The position numbers and the translations under genes are program-made. The notes under the pieces are model-generated. The model saw only the letters and a program-made list of their open reading frames with translations. It did not search any database and was not told the DNA's origin. DNA of 64,000 nucleotides, from the sequence record NC_048205.1. The stretch is one strand, 5' to 3'. Source of the stretch: Escherichia phage vB_Eco_mar004NP2. Of this stretch, positions 16,423 through 25,821 are shown piece by piece; position 1 is the first letter of the stretch, and each line of letters begins with the position of its first letter.

Positions 16423-18087
16423 ATGATTATTTCCGCAGAAAAACAAACCGTTATCCTGAAAATGGCCGCTGACTTTAATTTCTATGGTAAACGTCTGCGC
16501 GCTACTAAACTGGAGGTCTGCGACGATATATCAAAAGCGGTCTACGATACAACAAAACACTCGACCGCTATCTGCGACTGGTTGGAAGCAAATAAACCAG
16601 CTAAACCGAAAGCGGCGAAAGTAGCAAAAGCCATTAAAAACGATGAGCGTCCAGAAGCGGCGGGGATTGTTTCTAGCACGGTTGAGCAATGGGAAGTAAA
16701 GCAGGGTAAACGCTTTATTATTACGTCGATTCAGAATAATACTTTCCCGCATAAAAACTTTTTAGCCTCATTGGAGCAATTTGCTAAATATATCGGCGCT
16801 GATTTGCTGGTTAGCAAGTTTATTTATAACAAAAACGGTTTTCAAAATGGCGAGGGTGCAGAAGGAATAAAATATGATTCCGCATTTGACAAATATATCT
16901 GCAATAAAAACGTGTTTTTAAATAACCGCCGTTTTGCTTTCATGGCTGAAATTAACGTTTTGCCAACCGCAGATTATCCGCTTTCTGGATTCGCTGAAAC
17001 TGCAACGGCGCTTAATCTGGAAGGTCTGGCAATTGGTCACGCTAAAATTACCGCTGAAAGCGTGCCAGCTTTAAAAGGTGAAGTAGTGCGCCGTATGTAC
17101 TCAACCGGAACGGCAACGCTCAAAAACTACATTCAGCAGAAAGCAGGACAAAAGGCCGAGGCGCTGCATAACTTCGGTGCGCTAATTGTCGAGTTCGACG
17201 AGGACGGGGAATTTTTTGTACGCCAGCTCGAAACGATGGACGAAAGCGGGGTATTTTATGATCTGAATGTGTGCGCTACTCCTGCCGGATGCTATGAGAC
17301 ATCGGGGCATGTTTTAGGCTTGCAATACGGCGATATTCACGCAGAAAAACTAGATGATGATTGTGCCGTTGCGTCATGGGCTGGCGAAAATAGCTTGCTT
17401 GATATTCTCAAGCCTAAATATCAGTTTATCCATGACGTGCATGATTTTACATCACGCAACCATCACAACCGCGCATCCGGTGTATTCCTAGCAAAACAAT
17501 ACGCCGCCGGACGTGATAAGGTATTAGATGATCTTATCGATACGGGGCGCGTGCTGGAATCAATGGAACGTGATTTCTCGCAAACAATCATTGTTGAATC
17601 TAATCACGATTTGGCGCTATCCCGTTGGCTTGATGATCGTAATGCTAACATTAAAGACGATCCAGCAAACGCGGAACTATATCACCGCCTAAATGCCGCG
17701 ATTTATGGAGCTATTGCAGAAAAAGACGATACTTTCAACGTGCTAGATTATGCGCTGCGCAAGGTTGCAGGTTGTGAGTTTAACGCCATTTTTCTAACTA
17801 CTGACCAATCTTTCAAGATTGCAGGCATTGAATGCGGCGTACACGGTCACAACGGCATTAACGGCAGCCGTGGCAATCCTAAACAATTTAAGAAATTGGG
17901 CAAATTAAACACCGGACACACTCACACCGCCAGCATTTATGGCGGCGTGTATACCGCTGGCGTAGCTGGTAGTCTGGACATGGGTTACAACGTTGGCGCG
18001 TCAAGCTGGACGCAAACGCATTTAATTACCTATGCAAACGGTCAGCGCACTTTGATTGACTTTAAAAACGGTAAATTCTTTGCGTAA
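16423..18087 (+). CDS. A1: A1-like pre-early protein (554 aa)
   Basis: size and position next to dmp-like gene as in T5 pre-early region; GDIH and GHNG motifs compatible with phosphoesterase-like fold (recalled, not searched). Confidence 0.6.
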   Translation: MIISAEKQTVILKMAADFNFYGKRLRATKLEVCDDISKAVYDTTKHSTAICDWLEANKPAKPKAAKVAKAIKNDERPEAAGIVSSTVEQWEVKQGKRFIITSIQNNTFPHKNFLASLEQFAKYIGADLLVSKFIYNKNGFQNGEGAEGIKYDSAFDKYICNKNVFLNNRRFAFMAEINVLPTADYPLSGFAETATALNLEGLAIGHAKITAESVPALKGEVVRRMYSTGTATLKNYIQQKAGQKAEALHNFGALIVEFDEDGEFFVRQLETMDESGVFYDLNVCATPAGCYETSGHVLGLQYGDIHAEKLDDDCAVASWAGENSLLDILKPKYQFIHDVHDFTSRNHHNRASGVFLAKQYAAGRDKVLDDLIDTGRVLESMERDFSQTIIVESNHDLALSRWLDDRNANIKDDPANAELYHRLNAAIYGAIAEKDDTFNVLDYALRKVAGCEFNAIFLTTDQSFKIAGIECGVHGHNGINGSRGNPKQFKKLGKLNTGHTHTASIYGGVYTAGVAGSLDMGYNVGASSWTQTHLITYANGQRTLIDFKNGKFFA

Positions 18088-18143
18088 ATAATTAATCCCC
18101 TAGCGGCTTGAAATATAGCCGCTATTACAGGAGCTAAATTAGA

Positions 18144-18401
18144 ATGAAAGTTACATTACCCAAAACGCTAGACGAAAAAGCATTTATTTCACCGGATGAA
18201 ATGGAATCCGATAAAGTTTACAGCTTCGGGCCTATTCTAGCCGCCAAAACTAATACTGATGGGATTATTACGGTCGATTATCGTGATAATGATATTGTAC
18301 CCTTTGACGATGATGGTGCTTTTTATGAGTGGCTAAGCGATAATAATTTACCCGTAAACGGTGAATTAACGCCGTACCAGATGCAGATTATTATCAAATA
18401 A
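18144..18401 (+). CDS. hypothetical pre-early protein (85 aa)
   Basis: ORF. Confidence 0.5.
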   Translation: MKVTLPKTLDEKAFISPDEMESDKVYSFGPILAAKTNTDGIITVDYRDNDIVPFDDDGAFYEWLSDNNLPVNGELTPYQMQIIIK

Positions 18402-18439
18402 ATTAAATCCATTATTAAACTAATTGGAGTTTTATAAAC

Positions 18440-18832
18440 ATGAAAAAGCAAAATATTCCATTTGACCGCGCTCAATCCTCAATTGTTCTGGTTTATTCTA
18501 ATGGTGAGCGTTACCACGTCGAGGCGGGGCACGTTATTGATGAATTGCTAGATTTCAATGACGCTTTGCAGGTTACAACATTTGCATATATGCAAGGCAA
18601 ACTAACTAGCCATATTAAAGCAAAAGGCGTTTATGTTGACACGGTGAAACAAGAAACGATTATCATCGACGCAGTAAAATCCGGTCTAACCTTTGCAGTT
18701 GTCGCGCCTTGCCCCGCTTGCCTTGATGATCAATTGATTTCTGCAAAAGTATATACTTGTGCGGGGATTCGTTCCCATGTATCAGGTGAGGATGTTAGTT
18801 TTATCGCCGATGCGTTGGCTTATGGTCTTTAA
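18440..18832 (+). CDS. hypothetical pre-early protein (130 aa), possibly A2-like by size
   Basis: ORF between A1-like and dmp-like genes; assignment positional only. Confidence 0.5.
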   Translation: MKKQNIPFDRAQSSIVLVYSNGERYHVEAGHVIDELLDFNDALQVTTFAYMQGKLTSHIKAKGVYVDTVKQETIIIDAVKSGLTFAVVAPCPACLDDQLISAKVYTCAGIRSHVSGEDVSFIADALAYGL

Positions 18833-18911
18833 TAGTTAATTTATTATTACCCGCTTATAAATAGCGGGTAATGCTGAATTAATCTAATCCCTTAAATGGA
18901 GAACGTAACAA

Positions 18912-19646
18912 ATGAATAAAGCTATCATGAATCTTTCCCGCAGCTTCCCGCATATTTCCCGCGTCATGATTTGGGATTTAGACGGCACTATCATTAATTC
19001 TTTCCATCGTGTAGCACCCTGCTTTGATAGCGAGGGCAATTTAGATTTAAATAAGTATAAAAATGAAGCGTGTAAACACCATTTAATAATGCAAGATACT
19101 TTATTGCCATTGGTTGAATATATGCGCCAGTGCATGAATGACGCAAATACTTTAAACATTATTTGCACCGCTCGACTGATGAGTAAGTCGGACTATTATT
19201 TCTTGCGTAAACAAGGGTTGCGCGGTCGTGGTAATAGTAATATCCGCGTATTTTCCCGCGATACACTACACAAATATTTTAAAGCTGATAAGGTTAGCGA
19301 AATATACCACAGCAAAGACGCAGTATATAAATCTTATTATTTTGAATTATTTAAACAGTTATATCCTAACGCTGATTTTACAATGATTGATGATCATAAA
19401 GGCGTGCTATCAGCGGCAGCGTCATACGGATTTAAAACGCTGGACGCACAAGCCGTTAATGATATTCTATCAATCGGCGTGGCATTGATAGGTGAAACCT
19501 TTATTGATGAATCTCTCGACGATGATAATGATTATCAATTCCTAGCTGACCGTTTAAAATTATGCTGGGAAGGTATGACCGAGGAAGAACGCGCAGAATA
19601 TAGTTGCAGTCCTCAACAATATATTGAGAAATTAAAAGTTGCCTAA
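18912..19646 (+). CDS. dmp: HAD-family 5'-deoxyribonucleotidase (dmp-like)
   Basis: N-terminal HAD motif I MIWDLDGTI; 244 aa. Confidence 0.7.
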   Translation: MNKAIMNLSRSFPHISRVMIWDLDGTIINSFHRVAPCFDSEGNLDLNKYKNEACKHHLIMQDTLLPLVEYMRQCMNDANTLNIICTARLMSKSDYYFLRKQGLRGRGNSNIRVFSRDTLHKYFKADKVSEIYHSKDAVYKSYYFELFKQLYPNADFTMIDDHKGVLSAAASYGFKTLDAQAVNDILSIGVALIGETFIDESLDDDNDYQFLADRLKLCWEGMTEEERAEYSCSPQQYIEKLKVA

Positions 19647-19798
19647 CAATTAAAGTTGAAATAGTCACGGTGTGTAATGATACCATGCCGTGACTATTAG
19701 CCTGCTAAGTACCGGGCGGTAATGAGACTCATTCTCATCTGGGGGGCCACTGGACACACCCACGCGTACGTAATCCAAAGAAATTGGCAAAAGTCAAA

Positions 19799-20044
19799 TT
19801 AGCGCATAGAAGGGTCATCAAACCTGTATTCTGGTCTGAACTCACGGAATCTCTTCCGCGACGCCCGAGATCCATCCGACCACTCCCGCTCAAACTCCGC
19901 ACGTTTCTCGTCAAACTTCCGCTCCCTTTCCGCAATCTCCCGCGTCACTCCCGCAATATATTTACGATGCTTATTGATTGCCGCAGTCGTCCCGAAAACT
20001 CCCGTGAGTATCCCGATAATAAAAGCAATTACAATACTAAACAT
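19799..20044 (-). CDS. small membrane protein with charged helical tail (81 aa)
   Basis: TM helix FSIVIAFIIGILTGVFGTTAA; 8-nt overlap with upstream ORF. Confidence 0.5.
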   Translation of the reverse strand: MFSIVIAFIIGILTGVFGTTAAINKHRKYIAGVTREIAERERKFDEKRAEFEREWSDGSRASRKRFREFRPEYRFDDPSMR

Positions 20045-20231
20045 CTAATTCCCTCTCAATTTGCAGAATACGGGTACTATCACAGCGTTGAAGCTCTACT
20101 AATTTTTCTAGTGCAAATTGTTGCTGCTTTACCTGGGCCTCTAGAGTTTTTAGGCGAACATACGCGGTATAAGAAACAATGAAAATTGCCCAGATTAATA
20201 TTACTATTAATGTAGCTGCCACTTCCATCAT
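20037..20231 (-). CDS. small membrane protein with coiled coil (64 aa)
   Basis: TM helix plus heptad-like tail; ATGA overlap with upstream ORF. Confidence 0.5.
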   Translation of the reverse strand: MMEVAATLIVILIWAIFIVSYTAYVRLKTLEAQVKQQQFALEKLVELQRCDSTRILQIERELDV

Positions 20232-20335
20232 TTACGTTTCTCCAGCAATAAAGTTTCAATTCTAGCTAAGTGATTATCTAAAATACATTGCCCAATAATC
20301 ACAATCCCTAATAGTGCAATAATTACCCATTCCAT
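20228..20335 (-). CDS. tiny membrane protein (35 aa), not in ORF track
   Basis: translated by hand; TAATG overlap with upstream ORF, ATGA with downstream. Confidence 0.35.
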   Translation of the reverse strand: MEWVIIALLGIVIIGQCILDNHLARIETLLLEKRK

Positions 20336-20463
20336 TAAATCCACCCCGCCATAGCTGCTAACCAAAAACCTACGAAAATAAAGAATAGGAGAGTTCCGAA
20401 CCCAAAACTATTTATCCAACTCTCATACACCTCTCCGCGTCTATTATTTCTTTTGTTTGACAT
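20335..20463 (-). CDS. tiny membrane protein (42 aa), not in ORF track
   Basis: translated by hand; RBS GGAG upstream; hydrophobic C-terminal half. Confidence 0.35.
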   Translation of the reverse strand: MSNKRNNRRGEVYESWINSFGFGTLLFFIFVGFWLAAMAGWI

Positions 20464-20630
20464 ATCTTTCGTGCTCCCATAAATGTGATATTTTAAAATA
20501 TGTGCATAACCAACCGTGCTTGTGGACTCCTAGAAGGACTTCTACTTTTCTTACATAGTGGTTTCTGCCAATATACCATCCAAGAAATAAAAAATTTAGT
20601 TTACTTGGATGTCTTTTTGTTTTATACTAA

Positions 20631-20897
20631 TTACAGGTAATTAGATTGCTCTAGTTTAAATTTACAATCACCATATTTAAGGTCAAACTGACTGAGATCC
20701 CACCACCCAAATTTAGTACGGAGCTGTACTACTGGAAAGCGATCTCCCTTAATACGAACTTTTTGAACCTTGAGACCGTAATATTCTTCTCCCGCACCAC
20801 CAAAAGATTTTACAAATCCCGTACAAAATGGTTTGGGAGCAGGTACACAACCAGATAATATAACTGTGGCAACTAGTGCAATTACAAACTTTTTCAT
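20631..20897 (-). CDS. llp: Llp-like lipoprotein (receptor-blocking, superinfection exclusion)
   Basis: signal peptide plus lipobox LSGC; 88 aa; divergent from receptor-binding protein gene, as in T5 llp/oad. Confidence 0.65.
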   Translation of the reverse strand: MKKFVIALVATVILSGCVPAPKPFCTGFVKSFGGAGEEYYGLKVQKVRIKGDRFPVVQLRTKFGWWDLSQFDLKYGDCKFKLEQSNYL

Positions 20898-20982
20898 ATT
20901 TATCTCTCCATTTCTAATTTATGAATTTATTATAGCAAAATAGAGGGATGAAAGCAAATACATTTTTATAATAGGAGATTAT

Positions 20983-22740
20983 ATGGGTTTTTTCGCTGGA
21001 AAGTATAGCGATGGTAAGACCGTACTATCTTTAAATACTGAATCTGGGGGTGACATTAATCGTCACTATAGTCCAAGTAATAATAGTATTTTTCATAGTG
21101 ATATGCCATTTGTTCTAGTTGAGGGTACTTATGAGGCAGGATTAGGTGATGCCGGGAATGGGTTTTTCGTATGTCAGATGCCTCCTGATATAGTAAATAT
21201 TAAATCTAATGATCCTGGTAGAGTTATACTAACTGCTATTGAGATTAATGGTACTCACAGAGCTTTTCTTAATGGTACTCAGAGTAAAGTTGGTCAAACT
21301 ATAGTTGCCACTCAAGCAGACCCCTTTAGATCTTTTGCTAGTGTTTCTCAAACCAGTGGATTTGCATTTGGTAATAGTCTAGCATCTGGAACTTATAATT
21401 ATAACCCATCGATAGGGCACGAAGAATCTATCTCTAGGAGTGGTACAGGTGGTACTACGTTACATAGTACCTACCATGGGATAGTTAGGCCTGGTGCGGG
21501 AGCTCCTGTAGGTGTTACTGTTGCAGAAGCCTTTGCACAATTAGGTTTTCCTACTAATAGTAGCACAGTACCTGTAGATGGGAATAACCCGTACTATTGG
21601 GATCCTGGATGGATGTCGCCTCTAGGAGCAGCACATAGAGGGCATGATTGGTTTTATGTTTGCAACTCTAATATACGTGGATACGGTGGGGTTAGACAAG
21701 GGCTCCCAGGTAATGTAAATACTATGTACCACGACGGTGGGAACAGATTTGTTTGTAGGGGATCTACTACTAATTTAGCTAACCAGTCGGGTGACTCTAC
21801 AATACTACAGGATTGGTATAATATAACCCCTACTAAGGTTATTTGGTATGTTCTTAATTTAAGGTACTCTAATGGTGGAATGAGTATTTCAGGCAACCCC
21901 TTTACTGGTTCTGATATTCTTATATCTCCTTCTAATTTCATAATTAAAGGGGTAAGTCTCCCTAATACCGGGTATAAATTTATAAATCAGAATGCTTTTG
22001 GTAACCTAGGTTACCGTCCTGATATGGAGTATATAGGAAATAACGCAGCGTATACCGGGGTTTTTGGGGATACCACGGCAAGGTGTGAACTTGTAGGGTC
22101 TAGTAATGGAGGATTATGGTCTCCTGTAGACTATGGTGGAGCTAAATCCCAAATTAGCATTTACAAATTCGGAGCTGGTAAGCAATGGTATGTAAACTCT
22201 AGGGATAATACTATCGGTAATGAACACGGGGTTGTTTGGGGACCATCAGCAGTTCCATTACGACTTTTTGGTGGAAATGTAGGTAGCTCTTACATGGGGG
22301 ATGATATTACTCCCAGCTACCCGGGAACAGGGGATAGATACGTTGGTTTATCAACTATTGGGCTAGGTATACCGGGTGGCAATGCTACAGTAATTCTTAC
22401 CACTGAAGTTATATCAGGTAACCTTAACTGTGCAGGTGTTCCTGCTAATACATGGAATAACGGTGTGTTTCAAGTGCAAGGAAGAAGAGCATATAGCTAT
22501 AGTAATGGAGATGCAATATTCCACCAGATTTTAACATTACCAGTAGGGTATTTAGTACCTTTTCATACTACATCTGCTTTTAGGTACACACCTAACAATG
22601 CCCTAAGTAGAAATAGTTTTATATATACTGCTAAAAATCTGGGGAATGGAAATGTAGAGTTAGGGGTAGTTATGCACGTAAGTTTAGGTAGTGCAGTTTT
22701 CCTACCGAGATTAAGAGTAACAGTTCAACGCCTTACCTAA
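20983..22740 (+). CDS. receptor-binding tail protein (pb5/Oad-like)
   Basis: 585 aa Gly/Asn/Ser-rich protein divergent from llp-like gene; first gene of late block. Confidence 0.6.
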
Positions 22741-22750
22741 AGGAGGAAAT

Positions 22751-23233
22751 ATGGCAAATGATGTATTAGTACCAGATCTTATGTCCCCTGAAGGGATGGA
22801 TGTAATTGAAGCATATTTACAGTGTGGCAGCGATGTGCCTTCTGCCGCACGTAGTCTTGGGATGTCCGAAATTGCTTTTCGAGATATTATGAATCGTAGT
22901 GAAGTTAAGAACTACTTAAATGATATTTTTATGGAGAGTGGTTTCCGTAACAGAGATCGTTTATTTGGTGTTCTGGATGAAGTTATCAAGCGTAAACTAG
23001 AGGAACTAGAAGAAACTGGCATGGGTTCTGACCAAGATATTATGGATATTCTCTGGAAAGCACATAAAATGAAAATGGAAGAAATGAAAATGATGGTAGA
23101 ACTGGAGAAAGTGAAGGCAGCAGCCCGTACTCCAGCTAACCAGACCAACATCCAGAATAATATTATTGCTGGAGCTGGGGATCAAAACTACATGGACTTA
23201 ATTACTTCCCTAGCTACTGGAGGTAAGAAGTAA
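22751..23233 (+). CDS. putative terminase small subunit (160 aa)
   Basis: immediately upstream of and coupled to terminase large subunit; positional. Confidence 0.4.
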
Positions 23234-24549
23234 TGGAAGTATCAAGACCTTACGTTAATACAGTAGATGTTATTGATTTCGGAATAGATAAACGTTTCTT
23301 TCGTCTACCTGTTTCGGGAATACTAGCACAAGAAGGTATTACACCTAATGGTCCTCAAATAGCGATTATTAATGCTCTAGAGGATCCTAGACATCGTTTT
23401 GTAACGGCGTGTGTATCACGCCGTGTAGGTAAATCCTTCATCGCATATACTCTTGGGTTCCTAAAATTGCTGGAACCTAATGTGAAGGTGTTAGTAGTTG
23501 CTCCTAACTATTCACTGGCCAACATCGGATGGTCTCAGATTCGTGGTCTTATTAAAAAATATGGCCTACAAACTGAACGTGAGAACGCTAAAGATAAGGA
23601 AATTGAGTTAGCTAATGGTTCTCTGTTTAAACTAGCTTCCGCTGCTCAGGCTGACTCCGCGGTTGGACGTTCATATGATTTTATCATCTTTGACGAGGCG
23701 GCAATTTCCGATGTGGGTGGTGATGCCTTCAGGGTTCAGCTGCGTCCTACTCTAGATAAACCTAATTCTAAGGCTCTATTTATTTCCACACCTCGTGGAG
23801 GTAACTGGTTTAAAGAGTTTTACGCCTACGGATTTGATGATACGTTGCCTAACTGGGTATCTATTCATGGTACATATCGTGATAACCCTCGTGCTGACCT
23901 GAATGATATAGAAGAAGCACGTCGTACGGTTAGTAAAAACTACTTCCGCCAGGAATATGAAGCTGACTTCTCTGTATTTGAAGGTCAGATTTTTGATACT
24001 TTCAATGCTATTGACCATGTTAAAGACCTTAAGGGTATGCGTCATTTCTTTAAAGATGATGAAGCATTCGAAACGTTGCTTGGTATCGACGTTGGTTATC
24101 GTGATCCTACAGCAGTTCTTACTATTAAGTATCATTACGATACGGATACTTACTATGTATTAGAAGAGTATCAGCAGGCGGAGAAAACTACAGCTCAGCA
24201 TGCTGCTTACATTCAGCACTGTATAGATCGTTATAAAGTTGATCGTATTTTTGTTGACTCCGCGGCAGCTCAGTTCCGTCAAGACTTAGCTTATGAGCAT
24301 GAAATTGCATCAGCTCCAGCTAAAAAATCTGTCCTAGATGGCCTAGCATGCCTGCAAGCACTGTTCCAACAGGGTAAGATTATTGTAGATGCCTCATGCT
24401 CCTCCTTAATTCATGCACTGCAGAACTATAAGTGGGACTTCCAAGAAGGTGAAGAGAAATTATCACGTGAAAAACCACGTCATGATGCTAATTCTCACCT
24501 TTGTGATGCGCTGCGCTATGGAATTTACTCTATTTCCCGTGGTAAATAA
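23233..24549 (+). CDS. terL: terminase large subunit
   Basis: 438 aa; Walker A-like SRRVGKS; position upstream of portal. Confidence 0.8.
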   Translation: MEVSRPYVNTVDVIDFGIDKRFFRLPVSGILAQEGITPNGPQIAIINALEDPRHRFVTACVSRRVGKSFIAYTLGFLKLLEPNVKVLVVAPNYSLANIGWSQIRGLIKKYGLQTERENAKDKEIELANGSLFKLASAAQADSAVGRSYDFIIFDEAAISDVGGDAFRVQLRPTLDKPNSKALFISTPRGGNWFKEFYAYGFDDTLPNWVSIHGTYRDNPRADLNDIEEARRTVSKNYFRQEYEADFSVFEGQIFDTFNAIDHVKDLKGMRHFFKDDEAFETLLGIDVGYRDPTAVLTIKYHYDTDTYYVLEEYQQAEKTTAQHAAYIQHCIDRYKVDRIFVDSAAAQFRQDLAYEHEIASAPAKKSVLDGLACLQALFQQGKIIVDASCSSLIHALQNYKWDFQEGEEKLSREKPRHDANSHLCDALRYGIYSISRGK

Positions 24550-24827
24550 ATAAGTATAGGATGGGATACTACTCAGTTGGTATCCCATTCCTGCATTTTA
24601 AAATCCCCTTTACAAATTCGATACGATTATGTATACTATATTCATTGATCGGGAGAACTTCTCCCATAATAGAACGTAAACAAGAAAAATTAATGCTCTA
24701 CATGGGGTGTAGGAGATTCTATGGGTCGACAAAAGCTAACAATAAAAGATATAAATATTAGATTAGCTGATCGTGGAATCCAAATTGTCGGTGAGTATGT
24801 AAACCAACGTACAAAAACAGTATTTAA

Positions 24828-25394
24828 ATGCCAGAGAGCACATGTTTGGGAAGCAACACACATTCTATACTCCATATGGGGAGAGGTTGTCCACACTGCT
24901 CCAATAATACAATATCGTTAGATGAAGTTAATAACAGAATATCTAATATAGGGTATACTCTGTTAAGCAGCTATACTAATGCTAAAACAAAACTACATCT
25001 ACGCTGCAATAAGGGGCATGACTGTTTACTTACCTTAGATGGATTGACTCAAGGTAAGAGATGTCCTTATTGTTCTCTTAAGTGGGAGAATGGCGGATTC
25101 CTCTATATCATGTCCTCCTCTAGTGGTACTAAAGTAGGCATAAGCTTATACCCTGAGAAACGGCTGAATGAAGTTAAAAGAGAATCTGGATTTTCTGACC
25201 TATACTTGTTCACCATGTATCATCTGCCAGATAGAGAGACTGCTTTAGATTTAGAAAAGGAAGTTCACAGAGAATATTATAATAAAAACTGTGGGTTTTC
25301 TAATTTTACAGGAAGCACGGAATTTTTTAATGTTGCTCCTGAGGATATAGTAATCTTTCTAAGTAGCTTTGGATTGGAGGATTATGGCCACTAA
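24828..25394 (+). CDS. homing-endonuclease-like protein (zinc ribbon plus GIY-YIG-like/T5orf172-type region)
   Basis: CPHCS..CPYCS zinc motifs; GFLYIMSSSSGTKVGIS resembles GIY-YIG-like core; upstream 24721-24921 fragment in another frame has the same motif. Confidence 0.5.
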   Translation: MPESTCLGSNTHSILHMGRGCPHCSNNTISLDEVNNRISNIGYTLLSSYTNAKTKLHLRCNKGHDCLLTLDGLTQGKRCPYCSLKWENGGFLYIMSSSSGTKVGISLYPEKRLNEVKRESGFSDLYLFTMYHLPDRETALDLEKEVHREYYNKNCGFSNFTGSTEFFNVAPEDIVIFLSSFGLEDYGH

Positions 25395-25821
25395 TACTAA
25401 GTACAAACGTGATGCCATTTCCATAATGAGGGATGGTATAAAATCTAGGTATAGTAAGGATGGTTGCTGTGCTATATGTGGTAGTAGTGAAGACCTAGAA
25501 CTTCACCATTATCATACTATATCTCAGCTAATAAAAAAATTTGCTAAAGAACTCCAGCTGGATTTCACTGATGAGAATATCGTCCTTTCAAATAGGGAAG
25601 CATTCTACAAGAAATATGAGCATGAGTTAGTTAGGGACGTGGTAACATTGTGCCAGCACCATCACCAATTATTACATAAGGTTTACACAAAAGAACCTCC
25701 TTTATTTTCTGCTAATAAGCAAAAAGCGTGGGTTCAAAAGCAGAAAGACAAATTACAGAATCCTCAAGAAAAGACACAAGTCAAGACTGAAACAAAATCA
25801 GGATTCGCAAGGTTCTTATAA
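25369..25821 (+). CDS. HNH endonuclease
   Basis: CAICGSSEDLELHH and LCQHHHQLLHK motifs. Confidence 0.7.
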   Translation: MDWRIMATNTKYKRDAISIMRDGIKSRYSKDGCCAICGSSEDLELHHYHTISQLIKKFAKELQLDFTDENIVLSNREAFYKKYEHELVRDVVTLCQHHHQLLHKVYTKEPPLFSANKQKAWVQKQKDKLQNPQEKTQVKTETKSGFARFL

